Below are positions 21,880-32,474 of a DNA stretch of 64,000 nt, in pieces. This stretch comes from Myxococcota bacterium (GTDB taxonomy: Bacteria > Myxococcota_A > Polyangia > Nannocystales > Nannocystaceae), in assembly GCA_039028615.1 (NCBI GenBank), contig JBCCHT010000028.1, positions 96,001-160,000 on the forward strand. The letters are read 5' to 3'. The notes under the pieces were generated by a model. The model had not been told where the DNA came from. It saw nothing but the letters and a program-made list of their open reading frames with translations, and did no database searches. The position numbers were made by a program, and so were the translations under genes. Within the stretch, counting starts at the first letter, position 1; every line of letters begins with the position of its first letter.

Positions 21880-22446
21880 ATGCCGCTGACCCCTCGCGTC
21901 GTCGCGCTCGCCGTCTCGTCCTGGCTCGGCCTCGTCGGCTGCGGCATCGATCCGCTGACCGAGAACGAGCTGGGCGACGCTCCGCGCTGCGGCGAGGTGG
22001 ACACGTGGCTGACCGCCTCGGCCAACGCCGAGGACGAGCTGATTGACGCGATCGACGCGCTCCGCCAGGCGGGAGCGGAGTGCGAGGGGGGTACGCTGCC
22101 CGGGGTCGGCCCGCTCGAAACCGATCCTACCCTCCACTGTGCCGCCCGCCTGCATGCGGGCGATCTGATCCGCAACGACACTCTGGAGGTCGGTCACGAG
22201 GGCAGCGACGGCAGCTCGGCGCTGTCCCGAGCGAACGCGGCCGGATACGACGGAATCGCCCGTCAAGAGCTGCTAGCGGGCGATTTCGTGGAGGTCGATG
22301 CCCTGGTTGATGCGTGGATCGCAAGTGACCGGCACTGTCAGGCCCTACTGGATGACACCCTGGACCACATTGGGGTGGCCCAAGCACAGACGAGAAAGGG
22401 CGATCGAATCGTTTGGGTTGTGGTCACGGGGCAAGAGCGCCGGTAG
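21880..22446 (+). CDS. CAP/SCP-domain lipoprotein 3
   Basis: GLVGC lipobox, PTLHCAARLHAGDL, HEGSDGS, WIASDRHC, IGVA. Confidence 0.82.
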   Translation: MPLTPRVVALAVSSWLGLVGCGIDPLTENELGDAPRCGEVDTWLTASANAEDELIDAIDALRQAGAECEGGTLPGVGPLETDPTLHCAARLHAGDLIRNDTLEVGHEGSDGSSALSRANAAGYDGIARQELLAGDFVEVDALVDAWIASDRHCQALLDDTLDHIGVAQAQTRKGDRIVWVVVTGQERR

Positions 22447-22467
22447 TAGAGTCGCGTCCGGCTCACC

Positions 22468-25400
22468 ATGACGGACGGCGAATTTACGCATCCCGACTCT
22501 GCCCTTCATCAGCTCGCGCGCGAGCATGGCATCGAGCGCAGCTACCACGACATCTCCGGCCAACTGCAGGAGGCGTCGCCGCAGGCTCTGCGCGCGGTGC
22601 TCGACGCGTTGGGCGTGCCGGTCGCCGATGACGCTCAGGTCCAAGAGCAATTGCGCCTGGCCCGGCGCCAGCGGTGGAGTCGCCCGCTCGAGCCGGTCAT
22701 CGTCGCGTGGGAAGGCGAGGGCTCGTTCAGCCTGCACCTGCCCGCGAGCGTGGACGGCGGTCGCTACTCGCTGACGCTGCACCCCGAAGACGGCGAGGCG
22801 CCCCGGACGACGCGCGGCCGCATCGAGGAGCACGACGTGGCCACCAGCGACGAGGTCGACGGCCGTCGCTACACCGCACGGCAGCTGCGGCTGCCCGGGC
22901 CGCTCCCGCACGGCTACCACCGCCTCGTGCTCGAGATCGAAGGCAAGTCCGCGGTGCAGGGTGAAGCCCTCGTGCTCTCGGCCCCTCGCCGCGCCTATGC
23001 GCCCGAGGATCAGGGCCGATCGTGGGGTGTGTTCTTGCCTCTTTACGCGCTGCACGGCGAGCGCAGCCCGGGCGCGGGCGACCTGGGTGATCTCGGCGAC
23101 CTGATGCGCTGGGTGGGGCAGCAAGGCGGCAGTGTCGTCGGCACCCTGCCCTTGCTGGCGGCGTTCCTCGACGACCCCTTCGAGGCCAGCCCCTACGCTC
23201 CCGCCTCCCGCCTGGCGTGGAACGAGCTTTATATGCACCTCGAGTCCGTGCCGGAGTACGCGGCCAGCTCGAAGGCGTGCGATGCCTACGAGGGCAAGGC
23301 GGCATCGGCCGAGCGCGCCCGCCTGCGCGCGGCGTCTCAGGTGCAGTACCGCGAGCAGATGGCGCTCAAGCGCGCCGCGATCGAGGCGATGGCCTCCACC
23401 TGCTTCGCCAAGGGCTCCGCGCGTGCGCAACAGGCCGAGGCCTTCGCCAAGGCGCGCCCGGAGATCGAGGACTACGCCCGCTTCCGCGCCGTGACCGATG
23501 CTCAGCGCCTGGTCTGGCCGCAGTGGCCCGAGCGTCTACGCGACGGAGAGATCAAAGACGGCGATTTCGATCCGCACGCGTATCGCTACCACCTGTACGC
23601 GCAGTGGATCATGCACGAGCAGCTGCAGGGTCTCGCCGCCGACAAGCCCGACGGCAGCCTGGGCCTTTACTTGGACCTGCCGGTCGGGGTCAACGGGTGC
23701 AGCTACGACACCTGGCGGCATCGCGACCTGTATGTGCGGGACCTGTCCACGGGAGCCCCGCCCGACACCCTGTTCGGCGGCGGCCAGAACTGGGCGTTCC
23801 CGCCCCTGCACCCCGAGCGCCTGCGCGAGCAGGGCTACGCCCACCTCATCGAGGTGCTCCGCAACCACCTGCGCTACGCGGGGGTCCTTCGCATCGACCA
23901 CGTCATGGGACTGCACCGCCTGTACGTGATCCCGCAGGGGGTCTCGAACAAGGAGGGCATCTACATGCGCTACCGGCCGGAGGAGCTGTACGCGATCATC
24001 ACGATCGAGTCGCATCGCGCCCGGTGCCTGGTGGTGGGTGAAGACCTCGGCACCGTGCCCGACGCCGTGCGCGAGAGCATGAGTCGGCACCAGATCCACA
24101 ACATCCACGTGGTGCAGTACTTGGCGCAGCCCGATGGCGAGCGGGCCCTGCCCGAGGCGCCCGCGGGCTCGATCGCGGGGATCAACACCCACGACATGCC
24201 GCCCTTCGCCGCCTACTGGAACGGCGACGACATCGACGATCGGGTGGACCTGGGGTGGACCGAGCCCGAGGCCGCCCGCGGCGAGCACTACGAGCGGGCG
24301 CGGCTGCGGGCGAGCCTGCGCGGCTTCTTGGCCAAGGCTCATCCGCTGGCCCCCGACGCGGGCCCCAAGGAGGTCCTGCACGCCTGTCTCGATCACCTGG
24401 GACGCAGCGACGCGCGCGTGGTGCTGGCCTCGCTCGAGGATCTTTGGGGCGAGGTCAACCCGCAGAACGTACCCGGGACCTACCTCGAGCGCCCCAACTG
24501 GCGTCGACGCGCCAAGCTGGGCCTGACCGAGCTGTCCGCCGACCCCGACGTCGCGCGCTCGCTCGCCGTGCTCGATCAGGCGCGCAAGGGCACGGCCGCG
24601 GGCATCGGCTCCGTGCGGCACGACGTGGGCATGCTCGACGAGCAGGATTTCTACCTGTTCAACGAAGGCACCCACGAGCGCATCTACGACAAGCTCGGTG
24701 CGCACCCCATGGAGGTCGATGGCCAGGCCGGAACCGGCTTCGCCGTGTGGGCCCCCGCCGCGCACTATGTCGCCGTCGTCGGTGACTTCAACGGCTGGGA
24801 TCGCGGCGCGCACCCGCTGCAGGTGCGGCACGACTCGGGCGTCTGGGAGGGCTTCATCCCCGGCGTGGGCCCGGGCGCGCTGTACAAGCTGCACATCGCG
24901 GGGCCCGACGGATGGTCGGAAGACAAGGCCGATCCCTTCGCCTTCCATGCCGAGGTCGCCCCGCGCACCGCCTCGATCGTCACCCGCAGCGAGTACACGT
25001 GGCAGGACCAGGAGTGGATGGCCTCGCGCGGGGCCAAGCAGGAGCTGAACGCACCCATCTCGATCTACGAGGTGCACCTCGGCTCCTGGCGGCGCGTCCC
25101 CGAGGAGGGCAACCGCTTCTTGGGCTACCGCGAGATGGCGCCCCACCTCGCCGAGTACTGCCACGAGCACGGCTTCACCCACGTGGAGCTGCTGCCGCTG
25201 ATGGAGCACCCCTTCTACGGCTCGTGGGGCTATCAGGTCACCGGGTTCTTCGCGCCGACCAGCCGCTACGGTCGCCCCGACGACCTGCGCTACCTCATCG
25301 ATCACCTGCACCAGGCGGGCATCGGGGTGATCCTCGACTGGGTCCCCAGCCACTTCCCCTCCGACGCCCATGGCCTGGCCTTCTTCGACGGCACCCACCT

Positions 25401-26517
25401 GTTCGAGCACGCCGACCCCCGCCAGGGCTTCCACCCCGACTGGAACAGCGCGATCTTCAACTACGGACGCCACGAGGTCCGCTCGTTCTTGATCAGCAGC
25501 GCGATCTATTGGCTCGACCAATTCCACATCGATGGCCTGCGGGTCGACGGCGTGGCGAGCATGCTCTACCTCGACTACTCGCGCGCCGAGGGCGAGTGGG
25601 TGCCCAACGAGCACGGCGGGCGCGAGAACCTGGCCGCCATCGGATTCCTGCGTCGGCTCAACGAGGCGGTGTACCAGACCTTCCCCGACGTCCAGACCAT
25701 CGCCGAGGAGAGCACCGCCTGGCCCATGGTCTCGCGTCCGACCTCGTCGGGCGGCCTGGGCTTCGGGCTCAAGTGGGACATGGGCTGGATGAACGACACG
25801 CTCGGCTACATGGAACGAGAGCCGGTCCATCGCCGCTGGCACCAGAACGAGCTCACCTTCCGCATCATCTACGCGTTCACGGAGAACTACGTGCTGTCGC
25901 TGTCGCACGACGAGGTGGTGCACCTCAAGGGCTCGATGCTGGCCAAGATGCCCGGCGACGAGTGGCGACAGTTCGCCAACCTGCGCCTGCTCTACGGCTA
26001 TATGTGGGGCCAGCCGGGCAAGAAGCACCTGTTCATGGGCCAGGAGTTCGGCCAGGGCGCAGAGTGGAACCACGACCGCTCGCTCGACTGGCACCTGCTC
26101 CACCACTCGATGCATCAGGGCGTGTCCCGCTGGATCGCCGACCTCAACCGGGCCTACCGCGAGCTCCCCTCGCTGCACCGGCTCGACTGCGATCCGCGGG
26201 GTTTCGCCTGGGTCGACTTCCACGACGCAGAGAACAGCGTGTTCTCGTTCCTGCGCTGGGACGAGCACGGCGACTGCACGCTGGTGGTTCTGAACTTCAC
26301 GCCCGAAGTCCGTCACGACTATCGCGTGGGCGTGCCCCGGGACGGAGCGTGGCACGAGCGGCTCAATAGCGACGCCGCGGAGTACGGCGGCAGCGGGGTC
26401 GGCAACGAAGGCCAGGTCCATGCCGACCACCACGGCGTCCACGACCAGCCCTACTCCGTGTGCCTGCGGTTGCCTCCGCTGGGCGTCTTGTTCCTCCATC
26501 AACCCGCGCCGAGGTGA
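22468..26517 (+). CDS. malQ-glgB: Fused 4-alpha-glucanotransferase (MalQ, GH77) and 1,4-alpha-glucan branching enzyme (GlgB, GH13)
   Basis: MalQ motifs SPYAPASR, YLDLPVG, LRIDHVMG, GEDLG, THD, NVPGT. From about 24631, GlgB motifs FAVWAP, IYEVHLGSW, SWGYQ, DGLRVDGVASM, AEEST, SHDEVVH. No stop codon between them. Confidence 0.95.
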   Translation: MTDGEFTHPDSALHQLAREHGIERSYHDISGQLQEASPQALRAVLDALGVPVADDAQVQEQLRLARRQRWSRPLEPVIVAWEGEGSFSLHLPASVDGGRYSLTLHPEDGEAPRTTRGRIEEHDVATSDEVDGRRYTARQLRLPGPLPHGYHRLVLEIEGKSAVQGEALVLSAPRRAYAPEDQGRSWGVFLPLYALHGERSPGAGDLGDLGDLMRWVGQQGGSVVGTLPLLAAFLDDPFEASPYAPASRLAWNELYMHLESVPEYAASSKACDAYEGKAASAERARLRAASQVQYREQMALKRAAIEAMASTCFAKGSARAQQAEAFAKARPEIEDYARFRAVTDAQRLVWPQWPERLRDGEIKDGDFDPHAYRYHLYAQWIMHEQLQGLAADKPDGSLGLYLDLPVGVNGCSYDTWRHRDLYVRDLSTGAPPDTLFGGGQNWAFPPLHPERLREQGYAHLIEVLRNHLRYAGVLRIDHVMGLHRLYVIPQGVSNKEGIYMRYRPEELYAIITIESHRARCLVVGEDLGTVPDAVRESMSRHQIHNIHVVQYLAQPDGERALPEAPAGSIAGINTHDMPPFAAYWNGDDIDDRVDLGWTEPEAARGEHYERARLRASLRGFLAKAHPLAPDAGPKEVLHACLDHLGRSDARVVLASLEDLWGEVNPQNVPGTYLERPNWRRRAKLGLTELSADPDVARSLAVLDQARKGTAAGIGSVRHDVGMLDEQDFYLFNEGTHERIYDKLGAHPMEVDGQAGTGFAVWAPAAHYVAVVGDFNGWDRGAHPLQVRHDSGVWEGFIPGVGPGALYKLHIAGPDGWSEDKADPFAFHAEVAPRTASIVTRSEYTWQDQEWMASRGAKQELNAPISIYEVHLGSWRRVPEEGNRFLGYREMAPHLAEYCHEHGFTHVELLPLMEHPFYGSWGYQVTGFFAPTSRYGRPDDLRYLIDHLHQAGIGVILDWVPSHFPSDAHGLAFFDGTHLFEHADPRQGFHPDWNSAIFNYGRHEVRSFLISSAIYWLDQFHIDGLRVDGVASMLYLDYSRAEGEWVPNEHGGRENLAAIGFLRRLNEAVYQTFPDVQTIAEESTAWPMVSRPTSSGGLGFGLKWDMGWMNDTLGYMEREPVHRRWHQNELTFRIIYAFTENYVLSLSHDEVVHLKGSMLAKMPGDEWRQFANLRLLYGYMWGQPGKKHLFMGQEFGQGAEWNHDRSLDWHLLHHSMHQGVSRWIADLNRAYRELPSLHRLDCDPRGFAWVDFHDAENSVFSFLRWDEHGDCTLVVLNFTPEVRHDYRVGVPRDGAWHERLNSDAAEYGGSGVGNEGQVHADHHGVHDQPYSVCLRLPPLGVLFLHQPAPR

Positions 26518-26522
26518 GCGCC

Positions 26523-28946
26523 ATGGATCGCTACCTCTGCATTCACGGGCACTTTTACCAGCCGCCGCGGGAAAATCCGTGGCTCGAGACGGTCGAGCAC
26601 CAAGAGTCGGCGTACCCCTTCCACGACTGGAACGAGCGCATCACCGCCGAGTGCTACGGCCCCAACGCCAACTCGCGGATCCTCGACGAAGACGGCTACA
26701 TCGAGCGCATCGTCAGCAACTACTCGCGGATCAGCTTCAACTTCGGGCCCACCCTGCTGGCGTGGATGGAGCGGGCGCGACCCGACGTGTACCAAGCGAT
26801 CCTGCGGGCCGACGCCGACAGCCGCCGCCACTTCTCCGGGCACGGCTCGGCGCTGGCTCAGGCCTACAACCACTCCATCCTCCCGCTGTGCAACGAGCGG
26901 GACCGCCAGACCCAGGTGTACTGGGGAATCCGCGACTTCGAGCACCGCTTCGGTCGCATGCCCGAGGGGATGTGGCTGCCCGAGACCGCCGCCGACACCC
27001 CCACCCTCGAGGCGCTCTCCGAGGCGGGCCTGGCCTTCACCATCCTCGCCCCGCACCAGGCCGCTTCCGTGCGCCCGCCCGGGCACAAGGACTGGCGCGA
27101 CGTCCAGGGCGGCCAGATCGATCCGCGACGCAGCTACGTGGCCCGGCTGCCCTCGGGGCGCAGCATCACGCTGTTCTTCTACGACGGACCGGTCTCGCAG
27201 GCCGTGGCCTTCGAGCAGCTGCTGTCCAACGGCGACAAGTTCCGCACCCGGCTGATGGGAGCGTTCGACGACCATCGCAACGGGCCGCAGCTGGTGCACA
27301 TCGCCACCGACGGCGAGACCTACGGTCACCACCATCGCCACGGCGACATGGCGCTGGCCTATGCGCTGCGCACCATCGAGGCCGACCCCGACGTTCGGCT
27401 CATCAACTACGGCGAGTTCCTCGAGCGCTTCCCGCCCGACCACGAGGTTCGCATCGTCGAGCGCAGCTCGTGGAGCTGCATCCACGGCATCGAGCGCTGG
27501 CAGCGGCACTGCGGCTGCAACACGGGCGGGCGGCCCAACTGGAACCAACACTGGCGAGCGCCGCTGCGGGCCTCGCTCAACTGGCTGCGCGATCGCCTGG
27601 TGGAGCTATACGACGAGCACGCCCCGCAGGTCCTGCTCGACCCCTGGCACGCCCGCGAGGAGTACATCAGCGTCATCCTCGATCGCGGCGAGACCAACCT
27701 CGACGCGTTCCTCGAGGACTTCGCCAAGCCCGAGCTGTCCGACGAAGACCGCATCATCGCGTTCAAGCTGCTCGAGATGCAGCGCCACGCCCAGCTCATG
27801 TTCACCAGCTGCGCGTGGTTCTTCGACGAGCTGTCCGGCATCGAGACGGTGCAGGTCTTGGGCTACGCGGGCCGAGCCATCCAGCTCGCGGCCGAGATCG
27901 CCCAGGTCAACGTGGAGACCACCTTCCTCGATCGGCTGGCCGAGGCGAGCAGCAACCTGCGCGAGCAGGGCAACGGCGGCCAGATCTATGACATGCACGT
28001 GGTGCCCTCGGTCGTCGACCTCAACCGCCTCGTCGCTCACTACGCGGTCAGCTCGCTGTTCTCCGACTACTCGGAGCAGTCGCGGGTCCACGCCTATCTC
28101 GTCGATCTGGTCGACGCCCACTACAAGCGGCTCGGTCGCTCCAAGCTCGCCGTGGGCAAGGTTCGCGTCGTGTCCGAGGTGACCCGCGAGCATCGGGTGC
28201 TGAGCTTCGGCATCCTGCACCTGGGCGACCACAACCTCAGCGGAGGCGTGCGCGAGTTCCAGGGCGAAGCCGAGTACGACGCGATGTGCGAAGAGGTGCT
28301 GGGTGCCTTCTCCCGCGCCGACATGCCCGAGGCGCTGCGCCTGCTCGACAAGCACTTCCTCGAGCTGACCTACTCGCTGCGCTCGCTGTTCCGCGACGAG
28401 CAGCGCCGGGTCCTCGATCTCATCGTCGGCTCGGCCATGACCGACGCCGAAGGCCTCGCGGGTCGGCTCTACGAGGCCCACTCGCCGCTGCTGCGCTACC
28501 TGGCCACGCTGAGCTTTCCCCTGCCGCAGCCGCTCGAGCGCCTGGCCAACTTCGTGCTCAACACCACCCTGCGCCGCGAGCTCGGCCGTCGCGAGCCCGA
28601 TTTTTCCCGCATCCGCACCCTGCTCGAAGAGGCGCAGGGCGTCGGCGTCGAGCTCGACCACCTCGGTATGGGCTACGCGCTGCAGCAGGCGATGGAGAAC
28701 GCCATGGAGCAGTGGGTCGATCGGCCCGACCAGCTCGGGCGGCTCCGCCGACTGCGACGCACCGCCGAGCTGGCCCAGTCGCTGCCCTTCGAGCTCGACA
28801 TGAGCGTGGTGCAGAATTACTTCTTCCGCACGCTCGAGACCGAGCTACCGCGATTCTCCGAGCAAGCCGACCGCGGCGACCCGGTCGCGCTCGAGTGGCG
28901 CGACAACTTCCGAGCGCTGGGCGGCGCGCTCAACATGCGGGTCTGA
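26523..28946 (+). CDS. Glycoside hydrolase family 57 protein with DUF3536
   Basis: IHGHFYQPPRENPW, GMWLPETA, ATDGETYGHH, SWSCIHG, MFTSCAWFFDE. Confidence 0.92.
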   Translation: MDRYLCIHGHFYQPPRENPWLETVEHQESAYPFHDWNERITAECYGPNANSRILDEDGYIERIVSNYSRISFNFGPTLLAWMERARPDVYQAILRADADSRRHFSGHGSALAQAYNHSILPLCNERDRQTQVYWGIRDFEHRFGRMPEGMWLPETAADTPTLEALSEAGLAFTILAPHQAASVRPPGHKDWRDVQGGQIDPRRSYVARLPSGRSITLFFYDGPVSQAVAFEQLLSNGDKFRTRLMGAFDDHRNGPQLVHIATDGETYGHHHRHGDMALAYALRTIEADPDVRLINYGEFLERFPPDHEVRIVERSSWSCIHGIERWQRHCGCNTGGRPNWNQHWRAPLRASLNWLRDRLVELYDEHAPQVLLDPWHAREEYISVILDRGETNLDAFLEDFAKPELSDEDRIIAFKLLEMQRHAQLMFTSCAWFFDELSGIETVQVLGYAGRAIQLAAEIAQVNVETTFLDRLAEASSNLREQGNGGQIYDMHVVPSVVDLNRLVAHYAVSSLFSDYSEQSRVHAYLVDLVDAHYKRLGRSKLAVGKVRVVSEVTREHRVLSFGILHLGDHNLSGGVREFQGEAEYDAMCEEVLGAFSRADMPEALRLLDKHFLELTYSLRSLFRDEQRRVLDLIVGSAMTDAEGLAGRLYEAHSPLLRYLATLSFPLPQPLERLANFVLNTTLRRELGRREPDFSRIRTLLEEAQGVGVELDHLGMGYALQQAMENAMEQWVDRPDQLGRLRRLRRTAELAQSLPFELDMSVVQNYFFRTLETELPRFSEQADRGDPVALEWRDNFRALGGALNMRV

Positions 28947-29018
28947 CCGCAGCCCGCCATGCGGATCCGCTGAGGACGAGCGAACACTGTGCGCCCGTGC
29001 CCATCGCGAGGCCGTGCA

Positions 29019-29378
29019 TCAAAGCGGGGGGTCGCCAGAGACGGTCACATAGCCGCCCAAGTCGTTGAAGAAGCGCTCCTCCTTGGCGGCGGCCTGCACC
29101 TCGACCGACGCCTCGGGGTTGCGCAAATGCGTGAGCGCCACGGAACCAGACTCGGCCGTCTTCGAGAATTTGATCACATCGGACACGCCCGACGGCAGCA
29201 TGAAGTAAAACCGCACGGTTTTGCCGTCCGAGTTGCAGATGAGGGGGGTATCGGCATTGGCACAGTCGAGCTGTTGGTAGTCTCCGTCGTTCGTAGAGAG
29301 TTTCCAGCCGAGCACTCCCCCTCCGGCAAAGCGTTTGTTTTTCACCAGGACGTCCACCGTCTTTATCGTCTCTGTCAT
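29019..29378 (-). CDS. Small hypothetical protein (119 aa) downstream of the kinase
   Basis: GAGGAG RBS before the ATG, visibly more AT-rich codons, beta-rich, ends VTVSGDPPL. Confidence 0.7.
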   Translation of the reverse strand: MTETIKTVDVLVKNKRFAGGGVLGWKLSTNDGDYQQLDCANADTPLICNSDGKTVRFYFMLPSGVSDVIKFSKTAESGSVALTHLRNPEASVEVQAAAKEERFFNDLGGYVTVSGDPPL

Positions 29379-29420
29379 CTTCGTTCTCCTCGTCGGCACT
29401 GGGGCCGCTGTTTGTTCCTG

Positions 29421-32369
29421 CTACAGCTTCTGCTCAATCCAACCATTGACGCGTTGTGCCATCGGCTCATTGCCGAGTTCACTGAATCCCTTCGCCGCCT
29501 GCTCGGCCAGCGTCCGCGCCTCGGCGCTACGCTCCGCCGACGGCCCGGGCTGCGCCACCAGGACCTTCGCGAGGTTCCAGCGGAGCGCATTGAACATCGC
29601 CGGGTTCTGCGACAGTCCTCGTGACACCCCGAGCGCGCGCCGAATCGTGCGCGCCGCCTCTTCGTAGTCCCCTTCGGACGCCTGCAAGCTCCCCAGGCCG
29701 TACAGCGGGTAGATGAGGCGCGGGTCGTCGGGCTCGGCGTGCTCGTCCAGCACCCGCAGCGCCCGCTCGTAGCGTGGCCGGGCGCGTTCGAACTCCCCCT
29801 TGGTCATGAAGCAATCGCCCACGTTGCTGTCGAGCATGCCCAGCTCGACCTGGTTGGGGCTGGCCATGCTCCGCAGGGCCTCCGCAGACCGGTCATAGGC
29901 ACCGATGGCGGCGTCGATGTCTCCCGCCATACGGTGCAGGCTCGCCCGCAGCATCCACGCCTCGCTGGCGAGCATGGGGGAGACCCGAGGCCCGAGGCTG
30001 CGCTCGATGAGGTCGGCCTGCGTCGTCGCCTCCTCGATCTCGCGATGCGTCTGGTGGATCCGCGCCAGCTTCAGGCGGCTGCGGATCGCCGATGGCGTGG
30101 ACTCACCGTAGATGCCCACGCGAAGCTCGATCGAGCGCAGCAGCAGCGGGCGCGCCTGGTCGTGGTCCCCTCGAATGAAGTGTAGGTAGCCCTTTTCGTC
30201 GCACAACGCCGCGACCATCGGCAGCAAGCTCTCGCGCTCCGCGACCTCCAGAGCCTCATCGAATACCGCGAGCGCCTCGTCGTCTCGTTTTGCGTCCCGA
30301 TACGCCCGCCCGAGCAACATCAGGCCGCGCGCGAGCTCGAGCTCGTGGCCCGGTCCCGCCTCGCGACGCCACGCGGTGGCTTCGACGAGGGCCTCGGCCG
30401 CCGCGTCGTGCTGCTTGCGAAACGACGCCACCATCCCCTCGAGCTGCTGTGTGGTGGCCACCGCATCGGGGCCCGCCGCCGACAGCTTGCCGCGAAGGCT
30501 GGGCATCCATGCATCGATGGCCGACGCGTCGCCCTCGTCCACGGCCACCGCCAGCAGACGGCGCAGCGCGTCGACGGCCAGCCCCTGGTCACCGGAGGCC
30601 TCCGCCATCTGCAGCGCCAACGCGAGGTCCTCGCGAGCTTCCTGTAGGCGTCGGGCCCAGCGATAAAGATGACCGCGGTTGTACAGAGCCTCGGCCAGCA
30701 GGCGCGGCGCCTCGTCCAGCGCCCTCGCCTGCTCGACCGCCGTCTCGGCCTGATCCAAGCCACGCGCGCCCTCACCCGCCGCCTGCGAGACCCAGGAACG
30801 AGCAATGGACGCCCGGACATCTCGCGCGGGGCCCTCCAACGCCGCGGGCACGGGCGAAGGGCCGCGATGCAGGGCTTGTTCGTCGTTGCACTCCTGCAAC
30901 GAAGGAAGGCTGCGCACCAGGGCCGCAGCGTGAGCCGCCGTGCTCGCGTTCGCCTGCGCCAGCTGCTCGACCACCGCCTCGAGCCCCACGGAGTGGCGAT
31001 CGAGGCACGCCATGCGTAGGGCCAAGGTCTCGTCCCCCGCCCGGTGGTGCACCCGTGTCTGCATGCACGCGTCCATGCGCGCGTCGGACCACTGCTCCGC
31101 GTAGCGCGACAAGTGGGTCTGCGCCTGCTCCCACGCGGCCGTGCCCCGCTCGGCATCGGCCGCCTCGAGCCCCGACCGAACCGCGGTCTCGTCGGCATCG
31201 GTCCAGCCCGGCACCTCCGCCTCGGCCAGCGTCTCGCACGGGCGCTCGTTCCACATCGCAAACGAACCCGCCGCGACCGCGCCTCCCACCGCCCCGAGGG
31301 CTCCGAGTCCGAACACCGCGCTGCGGATCCGCCGTCGCCGTCGAGGGACTCGCTCAAGTTCATCGAGCAAGGCCCGCATGCTGTCGAAGCGCTCCGCCGG
31401 CTCGGGTGAGAGGCCTCGGAGCACCACCTGCCGCAGCCAGGGCGGCACCACGCCGGGGAACGGAGCTTCGCGCGGCTCGATGCACTGCTGCTCCTCGATC
31501 GCCACCAGCAAGGCGCTGGCCGTCCCGCCCGCGAAGGGCCGCACGCCGTACAGCGCCTCGAACAGCGAGACACAAAAGCCGAACTGATCACTGCGAGCAT
31601 CGGCCCCGCGTCCCCGCAGCTGCTCGGGAGCCATATACGCCACCGTGCCCAGCACCGTGCCCGGTCGCGTCAGCTCCAAGGCGAGCGCCGAGCCCCCGGG
31701 ATTGGTCTCGAGGGTGTCCGGTTCGGACTGGGCGTCCTCGCTGCGATCCCGCACGAGCCCGAAGTCCAGCACCCGCACCCGCCCCTCGTCGTCGATGATG
31801 CAGTTGGCGGGCTTGAAGTCGCGGTGCACCATGCCCTCGCCGTGGGCCGCCACCAAGCCGCGCCCCGCCTGCGTATAGACCTGCAGGCACGCTCTCCACC
31901 CCCGCGGCTCGGCTTGCCACTCGCGAAGCGTCTGCCCCGAGACGAGCTCCATCGCGATGAACAGGCGCCCGTCGAAGTACCCCGTCTCGTAGACCTGCAC
32001 GACGTTGGGGTGCGACAGCTTGGCCAGCGCCTGGGCCTCGCGGAGCAGCCGTTGTTCGTGCTGACGACCGGTATCGGTGTGCAGCACCTTGATGGCGACC
32101 TTGCGCCCCAGCGTGTCGTCGTAGCCTTCGAAGACGGTCCCCATGCCGCCCTGCCCCAGCCGCCGCGCCACCCGAAAGCGACCGAGGGTCGGCGCGAGCT
32201 CGGGCTTGTCGAACAGCGCCGCCCGCATGCGAGCCTTGCGAAGCTCTCGCATCGCCCCCGGAGAATTCCCGGGCGGCTCCGGCGTCGGTGAGGCGGCCAG
32301 CTCGTCGTCGACACGGGTCTCGTCCACGGTCCTCGGCCTCCGCACGAGCCGAACTCGCGCAGCATCCAT
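29421..32369 (-). CDS. Membrane Ser/Thr protein kinase with C-terminal TPR region
   Basis: LGQGGMG, VAIK, HRDFKPAN, DFG, GTVAYMAPE, transmembrane segment, TPR helices. Start uncertain. Confidence 0.92.
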   Translation of the reverse strand: MDAARVRLVRRPRTVDETRVDDELAASPTPEPPGNSPGAMRELRKARMRAALFDKPELAPTLGRFRVARRLGQGGMGTVFEGYDDTLGRKVAIKVLHTDTGRQHEQRLLREAQALAKLSHPNVVQVYETGYFDGRLFIAMELVSGQTLREWQAEPRGWRACLQVYTQAGRGLVAAHGEGMVHRDFKPANCIIDDEGRVRVLDFGLVRDRSEDAQSEPDTLETNPGGSALALELTRPGTVLGTVAYMAPEQLRGRGADARSDQFGFCVSLFEALYGVRPFAGGTASALLVAIEEQQCIEPREAPFPGVVPPWLRQVVLRGLSPEPAERFDSMRALLDELERVPRRRRRIRSAVFGLGALGAVGGAVAAGSFAMWNERPCETLAEAEVPGWTDADETAVRSGLEAADAERGTAAWEQAQTHLSRYAEQWSDARMDACMQTRVHHRAGDETLALRMACLDRHSVGLEAVVEQLAQANASTAAHAAALVRSLPSLQECNDEQALHRGPSPVPAALEGPARDVRASIARSWVSQAAGEGARGLDQAETAVEQARALDEAPRLLAEALYNRGHLYRWARRLQEAREDLALALQMAEASGDQGLAVDALRRLLAVAVDEGDASAIDAWMPSLRGKLSAAGPDAVATTQQLEGMVASFRKQHDAAAEALVEATAWRREAGPGHELELARGLMLLGRAYRDAKRDDEALAVFDEALEVAERESLLPMVAALCDEKGYLHFIRGDHDQARPLLLRSIELRVGIYGESTPSAIRSRLKLARIHQTHREIEEATTQADLIERSLGPRVSPMLASEAWMLRASLHRMAGDIDAAIGAYDRSAEALRSMASPNQVELGMLDSNVGDCFMTKGEFERARPRYERALRVLDEHAEPDDPRLIYPLYGLGSLQASEGDYEEAARTIRRALGVSRGLSQNPAMFNALRWNLAKVLVAQPGPSAERSAEARTLAEQAAKGFSELGNEPMAQRVNGWIEQKL

Positions 32370-32474
32370 GGTAGTCGAAGCGTCGGTGCTCCGCGGGTGA
32401 CCCGGCCTCACATCCAAAGGAGTGTCGCGACCCCGGATCGGGATCACGGCCGCCGTACGAACGTCGTTCGCCCG

